DNA from: Candidatus Tectimicrobiota bacterium
Lineage (GTDB): Bacteria; JACPUC01
DNA length: 64,000 nt
Direction of reading: 5' to 3'
Assembly: GCA_016192455.1 (NCBI GenBank)
Contig: JACPUC010000021.1
Coordinates: forward strand, 1 to 64,000
A model generated the notes under the pieces. It was not told the DNA's origin. It made no database searches and saw nothing but the letters and a program-made list of their open reading frames with translations. The position numbers and the translations under genes are program-made. Shown here piece by piece: positions 29,350 to 39,341 of this stretch; the first letter of the stretch is position 1, and every line of letters begins with the position of its first letter.

Positions 29350-31029
29350 TCAATCCTGACACTGGTCGATGAGGACATCAACGAGCGCCGGGCCTTTCAC
29401 GGCAAGGGCGCGTTCCAGGGCGGGCCGGATCGCCTCGGGTTCCTCGACGCGCTCGCCGGGGATGTCGAAAGCCTGGGCCAGCCTGGCGAAGTTGATCCCT
29501 GTCTCGCCGAAATCGGTGCCAATGGAAGCAAGCTCCGGGGAGAGGTTGCCGCGTTGGCGGAGCTGGTTCTTCACCGCCATGTAGGCGTGGTTATTGAAGA
29601 CGATGATGAGCACCGGAAGCTGGTAGCGCTGCGCCGTCCACAGGGCCTGGTTGCTGAACATGAAGCTGCCGTCGCCGATGCAGGCGACGACCTTCTGCGT
29701 CGGGTGGGCGAGCTGCACGCCGAGGGCCGCGGGCAGGCCCCAGCCGAGGCAGCCGGCGGCCGAGCTGGCGAACCAGCGCTCCGGGTGGTGGATGCTGAAG
29801 TGCCGGGTGAGGAAGAGCTTCGAGGTGGGGCACTCATTGACGATGAAGACGTCCCGCGGCAGCGCGGCGCTCATCTCCCGCACCAGGCGCCAGGGCTTGA
29901 TCGGCGCCTCGCCCCAGCCCTGGCTCGCTTCCTTCTCGAGCTGCCCGTCGTACGCCGCGCGCGCCGCTTGCACGCGCTCGTAGCGCTTCTCGGCGCGGCG
30001 CGAGCGCTGCGGGGTCATCGCCGCCTGCACCGCGCTCCCCAGCGCCAGCAGGGCGCTCTTGGCGTCGGCGATGGCGGCGACATCGACGTGGAAGATCTTG
30101 CCAAGCTCCCAGGGCTCCTCGCTGAACTGGATGACCCTCGTCGCCGGGGTGATGGGGGGCGGCGCGTTGTGGCGGTACTCGCGCACCAGGCGGCAGCCGA
30201 CGCCGAGGACCACGTCCGGCGGGCCGTACTGCGGCAGGTCGTAGGAGAGGAGCCGATCCGGCAGGTTGAAGGCCATCGGGTGGGTGGTGGGGAAGGGGTG
30301 GTACGAGTTGCGCGGCTCGGTCACCACCGGGCACGCCACCAGGTCGGCCAGGGCGACGAGATCGCTGACGGCGCCGTCGCGCGCCACGTCCGAGCCGGCG
30401 ACGATGAGCGGGCGCTCGGCGTCGAGCATCAGTGTGGCCGCCCGCCGCGCCGCCTCGCTGTCGCAGCCGAGGGTGCGCGAGGTGACGCAGGGCTCGGCGG
30501 GGAAATGGTCGATCTCCACCTCCTCGCTCATCAGGTTCGAGGGGAGCGCCAGGTAGACCGGCCCCTGGGGCGGCGACGCCGCCACCTTCAGCGCCCGCCG
30601 CAGCGCTTCGGCGGCGCGCTCGGCGCGCGGCACCTCCCAGCACCACTTGGTGACCTGCCGGGCCAGCTCGATCATGTCCGAGGACGAGGTGTGGGGGTCG
30701 CGCCCCAGCAGGCGCGTGTCCTGCTGCGTCGACAGGACGATGAGCGGGGAGCGGTCGCGGTAGGCGTCGTAGAGGCTGCCGATGGCGTTGCAGGTGCCCG
30801 GCATGGTGCTGACGTAGGCGACGGCGGGGCGCTGGGTGGCGCGGGCGTAGCCGTCGGCCATCCCCGCGGCGCACGTCTCGTGCAGCGCAAGGATAAACGT
30901 CACCTGCTTTTGCTGCGCCAGCGCGGCCATCATGCCGAAGCCGCTCGTGCCGGGCAGGCCGAAGAGGTACTCGACGCCGGAGCTGATGAGGGTGCGGACG
31001 AGTGATTCCCCGGCGGTCATGGTCGGCAT
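29350..31029 (-). CDS. Thiamine diphosphate-binding protein, benzoylformate decarboxylase-like (second paralog)
   Basis: FGLPGT, LHE..MADGYARA, GPVYL..P and GDGSFMF...NN. Start trimmed to MPTMTAGE. Confidence 0.9.
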   Translation of the reverse strand: MPTMTAGESLVRTLISSGVEYLFGLPGTSGFGMMAALAQQKQVTFILALHETCAAGMADGYARATQRPAVAYVSTMPGTCNAIGSLYDAYRDRSPLIVLSTQQDTRLLGRDPHTSSSDMIELARQVTKWCWEVPRAERAAEALRRALKVAASPPQGPVYLALPSNLMSEEVEIDHFPAEPCVTSRTLGCDSEAARRAATLMLDAERPLIVAGSDVARDGAVSDLVALADLVACPVVTEPRNSYHPFPTTHPMAFNLPDRLLSYDLPQYGPPDVVLGVGCRLVREYRHNAPPPITPATRVIQFSEEPWELGKIFHVDVAAIADAKSALLALGSAVQAAMTPQRSRRAEKRYERVQAARAAYDGQLEKEASQGWGEAPIKPWRLVREMSAALPRDVFIVNECPTSKLFLTRHFSIHHPERWFASSAAGCLGWGLPAALGVQLAHPTQKVVACIGDGSFMFSNQALWTAQRYQLPVLIIVFNNHAYMAVKNQLRQRGNLSPELASIGTDFGETGINFARLAQAFDIPGERVEEPEAIRPALERALAVKGPALVDVLIDQCQD

Positions 31030-31237
31030 ACGTGCTCCTTCCTTCGAGGCGATTCCCGTGCTTCGTTTCGGCGGAGACCGCCGTTGCGATTGCGCAGGAG
31101 GTCGGGGGGCGTCGTACCAAGTGGTACTATAGCATGGCTCCGGGGCAGGTCGAAGCATGGGGGCCGGGACGATCCGCGCGGGGGGCTCCCGTAGCGCTCG
31201 TCCGTGAGCTTGGCCAGGACAGGAAAGGGAACACATC

Positions 31238-31885
31238 ATGACGAAACGAGCCGCGCTCACGCGGGCGGAGATGTTGGACCTAGCTCACACCGCCGTCATC
31301 GTCATCGACGTGCAGAACGATTTCTGCCACGCCGGCGGCGCCTTCGACACGATGGGGGCTGACCTGTCGGCGGCGCAGGCCATGCTTCCCGTCCTCGCCT
31401 CCTTCCTCACCGCGGCGCGGGCCGCCGGCGCCATGGTGGTGCACGTCACGACGCACCACTCCGAGATGACGAACTCCCCCGTCTGGGAGAGCAAGGCGCC
31501 GCCCGGCGTGACCGTGCTGGGGAGCTGGGGGGCGGAGATTTGCGACGGCTATCCGGAGCTGCTGCCGCGGCCGGGCGAACCGCTCGTCATCAAGCACCGC
31601 TACAGCCCCTTCTACAATACCGATCTCGATCTCATCCTGCGCGGCCGCGGCGTTCGCACCATCGCCCTGGCGGGGGTGGCGACGAATGTCTGCGTCGAGA
31701 CCGCCGCCCGGGACGGCATCGTGCGGGACTACTACGTCTTCGTCCTGCGCGACTGCACCGCGGCGTATGATCCGGCGCTGCACGAGAACTCCCTGAAGAA
31801 CGTCACGCAGCGCTTCGGCTATGTCATCTCCTCGGAGGAGGCGCTGAGTCTCTGGGGGAGCCGCGAGCGCCTGGCGGCCAGGTGA
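31238..31885 (+). CDS. Isochorismatase-family cysteine hydrolase (RutB-like)
   Basis: IDVQNDF, GSWGAE, KHRYS and TNVCVETAARD give the Asp-Lys-Cys triad. Confidence 0.92.
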   Translation: MTKRAALTRAEMLDLAHTAVIVIDVQNDFCHAGGAFDTMGADLSAAQAMLPVLASFLTAARAAGAMVVHVTTHHSEMTNSPVWESKAPPGVTVLGSWGAEICDGYPELLPRPGEPLVIKHRYSPFYNTDLDLILRGRGVRTIALAGVATNVCVETAARDGIVRDYYVFVLRDCTAAYDPALHENSLKNVTQRFGYVISSEEALSLWGSRERLAAR

Positions 31886-31943
31886 GGCGGCGGGCGGCGC
31901 GGTGGCGCGATGCCGGGGCGGACATGCTGAAGTGAGGTGACGC

Positions 31944-33314
31944 ATGCTGGACTGCTTCGATCTCCTCATCACGAACGGCATTCTCGTCAGCCCTGAACTG
32001 GGGATGCTGCGGGCGGAGGTCGCCATCGCGGGCGGCAAGATCGCCGCCATCGCGGAGCCGGGAGTCGTGACCGACGTCGGCCGGGTCATTGACGCGGGCG
32101 GCAACTACGTGCTCCCCGGCTTCATTGATCCGCACGTCCACTTCGGCAATCGCCGCCCTATCAGCGAGGAGATCGTCGAGACGAAGTCGGCCATCGCTGG
32201 CGGCATCACCACCCTGGGCGCCTACCTGCGCAATCGCGACGGCTCCTACTTCGACACCTTTCCCGAGGCGCTGGCGGCGGTGGAGAAGCTGGCTCACACG
32301 GACGTGCTGTTCCATTTCCAGATCTTCCACGAGCACCAGCTTCAGGAGATCACGCGCTATGCCCACGAGCTGGGTGTGACCTCCTTCAAGTTCTACATGT
32401 ACGGCGCGCCAAACATCTCGCGCTCCGTGGATGACGCCTTCCTGCTGCGCGCCTTCCGCCTCCTCGCCGAGCTGGGGCATCCGGCCATCGCCTGCGTGCA
32501 CGCGGAGAACGAGGCGATTGTCACCCACGCCACCGCGGCGGTGATGGGCCGCCCGCACGCCGACACCCTCGAGGAGTGGGAGGCAACCCACCCGGCGATC
32601 GCCGAGGAGGAGGCCGTGGCGCGCGCCGCCCTGCTGGCGGAGGCCGAGCAGGCGCGCCTTTACATCGTGCACCTCAGCAGCAAGGGGAGCGTCGTGCGGC
32701 TGCGCGCCATCCGCGACCGCTACCCGGAGGTGCACGTCGAGGTCACCTCGATCCACCTTTCTCTCACACAGTCCCACCCCTACGGGCTCTACCTCAAACG
32801 CCAGCCGCCGCACCGCGACGCCTCGCACCTGGAGGCCCTCTGGCAAGGGGTGCGCGACGGCGTCATCGACACGTTCGGCACCGATAACATCACCTCCCTG
32901 CGCAGCATGAACCAGCCCGAGAAGGGCCTGCTCGGCGCGCGCGCCGGCTTTCCGTCGCTGGCGACGCATGTGCCGATTCTGCTGACCGAAGGGTACCGCA
33001 AGCGCGGCATCCCGCTGCAGCGCATCGTGCAATGCGGCTCCACGCGACCGGCGCAGACCTTCGGCATCTACCCGCAAAAGGGTTCGCTGGTGATCGGGAG
33101 CGACGCCGATCTCGTCATCGTCGATGTCGAGCATGAAGCCCCGGTGACGATCGAACGTCTGCATAGTTGGGGCGACCACACGCCGTACGAAGGGGAGATG
33201 CTGACGGGCTGGCCGATCGTGACCATCAAGGGTGGCAAGGTGGCGTTCGAGAACAACCGCGTCACCTCCGAGGACGGCTGCGGGCGCTACCTGCGGCGCG
33301 CGGTGAGGCGCTGA
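31944..33314 (+). CDS. Cyclic amidohydrolase (dihydropyrimidinase/allantoinase/dihydroorotase family)
   Basis: PGFIDPHVH, GGITT, SFKFYM, HAEN, VHLS, GTD and KG.L.IGSDADLVI motifs. Confidence 0.9.
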   Translation: MLDCFDLLITNGILVSPELGMLRAEVAIAGGKIAAIAEPGVVTDVGRVIDAGGNYVLPGFIDPHVHFGNRRPISEEIVETKSAIAGGITTLGAYLRNRDGSYFDTFPEALAAVEKLAHTDVLFHFQIFHEHQLQEITRYAHELGVTSFKFYMYGAPNISRSVDDAFLLRAFRLLAELGHPAIACVHAENEAIVTHATAAVMGRPHADTLEEWEATHPAIAEEEAVARAALLAEAEQARLYIVHLSSKGSVVRLRAIRDRYPEVHVEVTSIHLSLTQSHPYGLYLKRQPPHRDASHLEALWQGVRDGVIDTFGTDNITSLRSMNQPEKGLLGARAGFPSLATHVPILLTEGYRKRGIPLQRIVQCGSTRPAQTFGIYPQKGSLVIGSDADLVIVDVEHEAPVTIERLHSWGDHTPYEGEMLTGWPIVTIKGGKVAFENNRVTSEDGCGRYLRRAVRR

Positions 33315-33416
33315 CGGCCCCTACCGGCGGGCGCGGTGGCGAGCGCGGCCGTCTCGCCGGCTCCTCCCCCGAGCCGACGCCCGACACCTTCATCGCCCCC
33401 TTCCAGGGACGCATTC

Positions 33417-34943
33417 ATGCAGCTTCCCACGATCCTCGATGACGCGGCCCGTCTGCATGGCGACCGCACGGCGCTGGTCATCTCCAGGGGCGGCGCCGCG
33501 GCGACGTTCCATGCCGTTCACCGGCGCGTCCGCCAGGCGGCTGCGGCGCTGCGGCGGCAAGGCTACGGCGCCGGCGAGCGGATCGCCCTGCTGCTGCCAA
33601 ACGGCGAGGCATTCCCCATCGTCTACTTCGCCGTCCTGCGGCTGGGGGCGATCGTGGTGCCGATCAACCCCCTGCTGAAGGCGATGGAGATTCGTCACAT
33701 CGTCTCGGACGCCGAATGCGCCGCCCTGGTGAGCAGCCCCGCCAAGCTGCCGGAGGCCGCCGCCGGCTGCCGCGAGGTCCCCGGCCTGCGGCAGCTCTTC
33801 CTCTACGGCGAAGAGGAGCCGCCGGGCGTCAATCTCCTTGCCCTCGCCGACGCCGAGACGCCGGATGCCGCCCCGGCCCCTGGGACCGAGGACGACACGG
33901 CGGTGATCATGTACACCTCCGGCACCACCGGCCGCCCGAAAGGGGCGATGCTGAGCCACCGCAACCTGCTCTCCAATGCCAGGAGCGGCGCCGCGCTCTT
34001 CGGGTTCGGAGCGGACGACCGCGTGTTGACCGCCCTGCCGCTGACGCACATCTACGGCCAGACCTGCACCCTGAACGCCCCCTGGCTGGCGGGCGCCTGC
34101 GTCGTCCTGCACGACCGCTTCGACGCCGCGGAGGTGCTCGAGTCGATCCAACGGCGCCGCGTCACGGCCTTCCTCGGCGTCCCCACCATGTTCTGGCACC
34201 TCAGGAACGCGCTCACCTCCGGTCCCCAGGCGGGCGCGGTCGATCTCCGCTCCATCCGCCTGCTCAACTCTGGCGGGGCGACCTTGCCGGTGGAGGTCCT
34301 GCACGCCGTCAATGCGCTCTTTGGGGTGTCCATGCTCGAAGGGTACGGGCTCTCCGAAACCTCCCCCATCGTCCTCTCGAACACCGTCACCGGGGTGAAG
34401 AAACCCGGTTCGGTGGGGGTGCCGATCCCCGCGGTGGAGGCGCGGGTGGTGAACGACCGGGACGAGCCGCTGCCGCCCCGCGAGGTGGGCGAGATCGTGG
34501 TGCGCGGCCCGAACGTCATGCAGGGGTACTTCAGGAACCCCGCGGCCACCGCCGAGGTCATGCGCGGCGGCTGGTTCCATAGCGGCGATCTCGCCTACGT
34601 CGACGAGGACGGCTACTTCTTTATCGTCGGCCGCAAGAAAGAGATCATCAACCGCGGCGGCTACAACGTCTACCCGCGCGAGGTGGAGGAGGTGCTTTAC
34701 TCCCATGCCAAGGTTCGCGAGGCCGCCGTCGTCGGCGTGCCCCACGTGGCGCGGGGGGAAGAGGTCAAGGCGTTCGTGGCGCTCCACGACGGCTGCAGCG
34801 CCACGGCCGAGGAGATCATCGCCTACTGCCGGGAGCGCATCGCCAGCTATAAATGCCCGTCTATCGTGGAGTTCCTCGATGCCCTTCCGAAAGGCACAAC
34901 AGGGAAAATCCTCAAGCGAGCCTTAACCGATCACGCCGACTAG
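33417..34943 (+). CDS. Long-chain acyl-CoA ligase (AMP-forming)
   Basis: YTSGTTGRPKG, EGYGLSET, GWFHSGD, GYNVYPREVEE and LPKGTTGKI motifs. Confidence 0.93.
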   Translation: MQLPTILDDAARLHGDRTALVISRGGAAATFHAVHRRVRQAAAALRRQGYGAGERIALLLPNGEAFPIVYFAVLRLGAIVVPINPLLKAMEIRHIVSDAECAALVSSPAKLPEAAAGCREVPGLRQLFLYGEEEPPGVNLLALADAETPDAAPAPGTEDDTAVIMYTSGTTGRPKGAMLSHRNLLSNARSGAALFGFGADDRVLTALPLTHIYGQTCTLNAPWLAGACVVLHDRFDAAEVLESIQRRRVTAFLGVPTMFWHLRNALTSGPQAGAVDLRSIRLLNSGGATLPVEVLHAVNALFGVSMLEGYGLSETSPIVLSNTVTGVKKPGSVGVPIPAVEARVVNDRDEPLPPREVGEIVVRGPNVMQGYFRNPAATAEVMRGGWFHSGDLAYVDEDGYFFIVGRKKEIINRGGYNVYPREVEEVLYSHAKVREAAVVGVPHVARGEEVKAFVALHDGCSATAEEIIAYCRERIASYKCPSIVEFLDALPKGTTGKILKRALTDHAD

Positions 34944-35192
34944 CCCGCCAATCGGGCGTGGCGGAGGAGAGATCGCCTTCGTTCTCGCCTGCATGCCGCC
35001 CGGGGCCGAGGGAATCCCCCTCGGACCCCGATCTTCCGAAAGGGAAGGGGTTGAGACCTGCCCGGCGCTGGGCAAACCGGTGCCGCGGGGCCGGCGGCCC
35101 CGCCTGCGAAGCCCTCGACAGAGGTCGCGGTGTTCCAGACCCAGGCGGTCGCCGGGGGCAGCTCTTCAAAGAACATTTTTGACCTCGTGGGC

Positions 35193-35221
35193 TTGACGGT
35201 TGCTTTCACGAAACCAATAAT
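35193..35221 (+). promoter_or_regulatory. Putative sigma70 promoter of the respiratory operon
   Basis: TTGACG-N17-AATAAT within an AT-rich patch about 300 bp upstream of the pentaheme cytochrome. Confidence 0.45.
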
Positions 35222-35527
35222 AACGACCATTGTGCATTAGAGAAGGGAATAGCTTAAGACAGGCGTTGCGGCGGGAGATGGGATTTCCAGCGCAGGGGTT
35301 TGTGAAGGTTTTTATGTTTCTTTTTGGAGTTAGAATTTCAAAGGTTTCGTCCTTCTGAAACCGACAGAAGTCGCGCCGCATGAGGCAGATGCTGGGCGGC
35401 AAGAGAGGCGTGGAGGCTCGTGCCAGAGGGGAGTTCTGCTCCGCACCCGTTCGAGGATGATGGCATGAGATGAGGAGCGTAGGTTGGGCGTGGCGCTCGG
35501 CGTGACCCACTAACTCTGGGGCCGACT

Positions 35528-36073
35528 ATGACGCGGAATGGAATTCTGGCGCTCCTGGTGTTCATTGTCCTCGTTGGTGCGCTGCTCATCGTCTGGAAAA
35601 CCTCCGCCCAACCCAGCATCCAGCAACCGATTGCCTACAACCACAAACGGCACATCAGCGAGGGTCTTGCCTGCAAGGACTGCCACAAGAGCGCCCTGAC
35701 GGGCGAAGCCGCCGGTCGGCCGAGCGAGCAGACGTGTCGCGACTGCCACGATCCCGGCGAGCTTGAGGAGGGTACGGAGGGGAAGAATCCTGAGATCGTC
35801 AAGCTCCTCACCTACCTCAAGGAGAAGGCGCAGATTCCCTGGCGCCGCATCTTCCAGCTTCCAGAGCATGTCTACTTTTCCCATGTTCGGCATGCGACAG
35901 TCGCCAAGGTGGCGTGTGAAACCTGCCATGGTCCGATGGCGGAAGCCGTGCGACCGCCGAGCGCCCCCTTGGTCTCCATCACGATGGACTTCTGCATCAA
36001 CTGCCACGTGCAGCAGCGGAGTGCGCGCGCGGGCGCAGCGACAACCCGCGACTGTAATGCCTGCCATAAATAG
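35528..36073 (+). CDS. Membrane-anchored pentaheme cytochrome c (QrcA/ActA-like)
   Basis: N-terminal TM, QQPIAYNHKRH, five CxxCH motifs (CKDCH, CRDCH, CETCH, CINCH, CNACH) and LPEHVYFSH.RH. Confidence 0.9.
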   Translation: MTRNGILALLVFIVLVGALLIVWKTSAQPSIQQPIAYNHKRHISEGLACKDCHKSALTGEAAGRPSEQTCRDCHDPGELEEGTEGKNPEIVKLLTYLKEKAQIPWRRIFQLPEHVYFSHVRHATVAKVACETCHGPMAEAVRPPSAPLVSITMDFCINCHVQQRSARAGAATTRDCNACHK

Positions 36074-36142
36074 AGGCAGCCGAGCGGGCGCGGCACGGCT
36101 CCGGGGGAACCGCTGCGGGCGCTGCCCAGAGAAGGATGCGGC

Positions 36143-38626
36143 ATGAGGTACACGCGGCGCCATTTTCTCCAGACCCTGGGAGGCGCGGGCGTCGGGCTGG
36201 CGCTGAGCAGCTTCGGCTTCGCCGCGAGCGAGAAGCCGGAGGATCTTCACGATACGTGGCCCGATCGCCAGGAGACCTGGAGCATCTCCATCTGCCAGCA
36301 GTGCCCCGGCGGCTGCGGTATCCGGGTGCGGCAGGTGGGCGGGCGGCCGGTCAAGATCGAGGGCAACCCCGACCACCCGGTGAACCAGGGACGCCTCTGC
36401 CCCAAAGGGCAGAGCGCCCTGCACGCGCTCTATGATCCCGACCGCATCCGCACGCCGTTGCTGCGCACCGGCAAGCGCGGCGCCGGCGCCTGGAAGCCTC
36501 TCGGCTGGGACGAAGCGCTGGGGATGCTGCGGCAACGCCTAGCCGGGCTGCAGGCGCAGGGCGAGCCCCACCGCCTGGCGATCCTCGGCGGCCAGTACCG
36601 CGGCTTCATGGATCCCCTCTGGCGCCGCTTTGCCCATGCCTACGGAACGCCGAACTACATCCGCCTCAACTGCTTGCAAACGGATCAGGCGATGCTCGCG
36701 CACGTCCTCTCCCAGGGAGCCCAGGCGCCGCTCAGCTTCGATCTGCGCCATGCGCGCCTCATCCTCTCCTTCGGCTGCAACCTTCTGGAGACCTGGCAGT
36801 CCCCCGTGCACGTCGCCCGCGCCTATGCCGACACGGTGAGCGCCGCGGGCGGGCGCACCGCCAGATTGGTGCAGGTGGACCCCCGTTTCTCCCCCACCGC
36901 CGCCAAGGCGGACCAATGGGTTCCCATCGAACCGGGCAGGGACGGCGCCCTGGCGCTGGGGCTCGCCTACGTGCTGATTCGCGAGAACCTCTATGACGAC
37001 CAGTTCGTGCGCAACTTCACCTTCGGCTTCCATGATTGGGTCGATGACCACGGGGTGCGCCAGCGCGGTTACCGCAGCGTCGTCCTCGACACCTACGAGC
37101 CGAGCCACGTCGCCGAGATCACCGGGGTGCCGGTGGAGACCATCATCCAGTTGGCGCGCGAGTTCGGCGCCCGGAAGCCGGCCCTGGCCATCGGCAGCCG
37201 CGGCGTCTCCCAATACTCCAATGACAACCTGAGTCGTCTCGCGGTGCACAGCCTGAACGCGCTCGTCGGCAACATCGGCCAGAAGGGAGGGGTGCTGGGA
37301 CAGAACGTCCTCCCCTTCACTCCCTGGCCCTCCTTCGAGCTGGATGGGGCGGCGCGGCGCGGCGTCGCCATGCCACGCGTCGACGGCGCCGGTCAGGGCC
37401 GCTACCTCCTCAGCACCGATGCCTTCCAGGCGCTGCCGCAAAACCTCAAAGCGGACAAGCCCTACTCCATCGATACCCTGCTCATCTACGGCACGAACCC
37501 ACTCCTTTCCCATCCAAGCGGCGCCGGCTTCAGCGGCGTCCTCGATCATGTTGGCTTCGTGGTGAGCTTCTCGCCTTACTACGACGAGACGGCCATGATG
37601 GCCGACCTCGTGCTTCCCGACCACACGCCCCTCGAACGCTGGTTGGACGACCCCCTCACCCAGTTGGCCGGTTTCTCCGCCTTCAGCATCGCTCCGCCGG
37701 TGGTCTCCCCCCTCTTCGAGACGAGATCGACGGGTGACGTCGTGCTCAGGTTGGCCGCCATGCTGGGCGGCGTTCCAGCGCTCGCCCTCCCCTGGAAGAG
37801 CTACGAGGACCTCCTCCGCTTCAGCGCCCGCGGCCTCTTCGAGGCAGGGTTCGGCCATGTCATCTCGATTCCGGAACGCGAGGGATTCCGGCAGCTCCTA
37901 CGCCAGCGCGGGTACTGGAGGAGGGAGCTTGCGACCTTCGACGACTTCTGGAAGGCCCTGGTGAGCCGCGGCGCCTGGTGGGATGCCGAGGAGAACTACG
38001 GGGCGCTGGCGATGGTCCTGCACACCCCGTCGCGCCGCTACGAGTTCTACTCGCAGACCCTCCGCCGTCAGGTGGAGGAGGAAGCGCGCAAGCTTGCCGA
38101 GCGCGAGAAGGGGCTTGATGTCGGGGCTGCCGTGAAGCGCCTTGCCGGCGAGCTGCACCTCGGCCAGAACGAACAACTCTTCTACCTGCCGCACTATGAA
38201 GAGCCGAGCTTTCGTGGGGAGGATCGCAGTTACCCCCTGCACTTCGGGTCCTACAAACTCATGAGCCGCTATGGCGGCCGTACCGGCAATCAGCCATGGC
38301 TGCAGGAACACCCCGCGGCGTTCATCGAGAGTGACTGGGACCCCTGGGTCGAGATCAACCCGGTCACGGCGCGCCGACTCAACATCCAAGACGGCGAGTG
38401 GGTGTGGGTCGAATCAAGCAAGGGGCGGCTGCGGGCCAAGGCCCGCCTCTATCCGGGAACGCGGCCCAACATGGTGAATATGGCCACGGGGGCCGGCCAT
38501 ACCGCGATGGGCCGCTGGGCCCAGGGGGTCGGCGCCAACCCGAATGAGGTCATCCTGCCGGGAAGCGATGTGGTGCGCGGCTTTGGAACGCTGGGAGAGA
38601 CCCGGGTGCGGATCGTGAAACTCTAG
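36143..38626 (+). CDS. Tat-exported molybdopterin oxidoreductase-family subunit (QrcB/ActB1-like)
   Basis: TRRHFLQ Tat motif, CQQCPGGC...GRLCPKG [4Fe-4S] motif, VDPRFS.TAAKAD, ADLVLP and C-terminal binding domain. Confidence 0.9.
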   Translation: MRYTRRHFLQTLGGAGVGLALSSFGFAASEKPEDLHDTWPDRQETWSISICQQCPGGCGIRVRQVGGRPVKIEGNPDHPVNQGRLCPKGQSALHALYDPDRIRTPLLRTGKRGAGAWKPLGWDEALGMLRQRLAGLQAQGEPHRLAILGGQYRGFMDPLWRRFAHAYGTPNYIRLNCLQTDQAMLAHVLSQGAQAPLSFDLRHARLILSFGCNLLETWQSPVHVARAYADTVSAAGGRTARLVQVDPRFSPTAAKADQWVPIEPGRDGALALGLAYVLIRENLYDDQFVRNFTFGFHDWVDDHGVRQRGYRSVVLDTYEPSHVAEITGVPVETIIQLAREFGARKPALAIGSRGVSQYSNDNLSRLAVHSLNALVGNIGQKGGVLGQNVLPFTPWPSFELDGAARRGVAMPRVDGAGQGRYLLSTDAFQALPQNLKADKPYSIDTLLIYGTNPLLSHPSGAGFSGVLDHVGFVVSFSPYYDETAMMADLVLPDHTPLERWLDDPLTQLAGFSAFSIAPPVVSPLFETRSTGDVVLRLAAMLGGVPALALPWKSYEDLLRFSARGLFEAGFGHVISIPEREGFRQLLRQRGYWRRELATFDDFWKALVSRGAWWDAEENYGALAMVLHTPSRRYEFYSQTLRRQVEEEARKLAEREKGLDVGAAVKRLAGELHLGQNEQLFYLPHYEEPSFRGEDRSYPLHFGSYKLMSRYGGRTGNQPWLQEHPAAFIESDWDPWVEINPVTARRLNIQDGEWVWVESSKGRLRAKARLYPGTRPNMVNMATGAGHTAMGRWAQGVGANPNEVILPGSDVVRGFGTLGETRVRIVKL

Positions 38627-38645
38627 CCTCGTGGAAGGGGACCAC

Positions 38646-39341
38646 GTGCCACGCTGGGCGATGGTGATTGATATCGATAAGTGCACCGGCTGCCAGGCCT
38701 GCGTGCTTGCCTGTAAAGCGGAGAACAACATCCCCGCCGTCAGCCGCGAGGAGAGCGCGCGCGGCCGCAGCATCAGTTGGATGCGCATCCTCCACGAAGT
38801 CGAGGGGGAGTACCCCGACGTGCGCCTGCGGTTCATCCCGCGCCCCTGCATGCACTGCGACAATCCGCCCTGCACGAAGGTCTGCCCCGTCATGGCCACC
38901 TACAAGGACCGCGACGGCATCGTGGCGCAAATCTACCCGCGCTGCATCGGCTGCCGCTTCTGCATGGCCGCCTGCCCCTACACCGTGAAGTACTTCAACT
39001 GGCACACCTACGAGATGCCGAACCTGCAGCAGCGCATGCACAATCCCGACGTCTCGGTGCGCACGAAAGGAGTGGTCGAGAAGTGCACCTTCTGCCACCA
39101 CCGCCTGCAACGCGCCCACGACGAGGCGCGCCGCCAGGGCCGACCCCTGGAGGCTGGCAGCTACACGACTGCCTGTTCACAGACGTGCCCGACGGGAGCC
39201 ATACGTTTCGGCGACCTCGATGATCGCGACAGCGAGGTGGCCCGCCTGGCGAAGAGCCCGCGGGCGTTCCGCCTGCTTGCAGAACTTGGCACGCAGCCGA
39301 AGGTCATCTACCTGACAGAACGGGACCGCCATGCGACCTGA
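38646..39341 (+). CDS. 4Fe-4S dicluster protein (QrcC/NrfC-like)
   Basis: CTGCQACVLAC, CMHCDNPPCTKVCP, CIGCRFCMAACP and KCTFC...C...CP. GTG start. Confidence 0.93.
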   Translation: MPRWAMVIDIDKCTGCQACVLACKAENNIPAVSREESARGRSISWMRILHEVEGEYPDVRLRFIPRPCMHCDNPPCTKVCPVMATYKDRDGIVAQIYPRCIGCRFCMAACPYTVKYFNWHTYEMPNLQQRMHNPDVSVRTKGVVEKCTFCHHRLQRAHDEARRQGRPLEAGSYTTACSQTCPTGAIRFGDLDDRDSEVARLAKSPRAFRLLAELGTQPKVIYLTERDRHAT

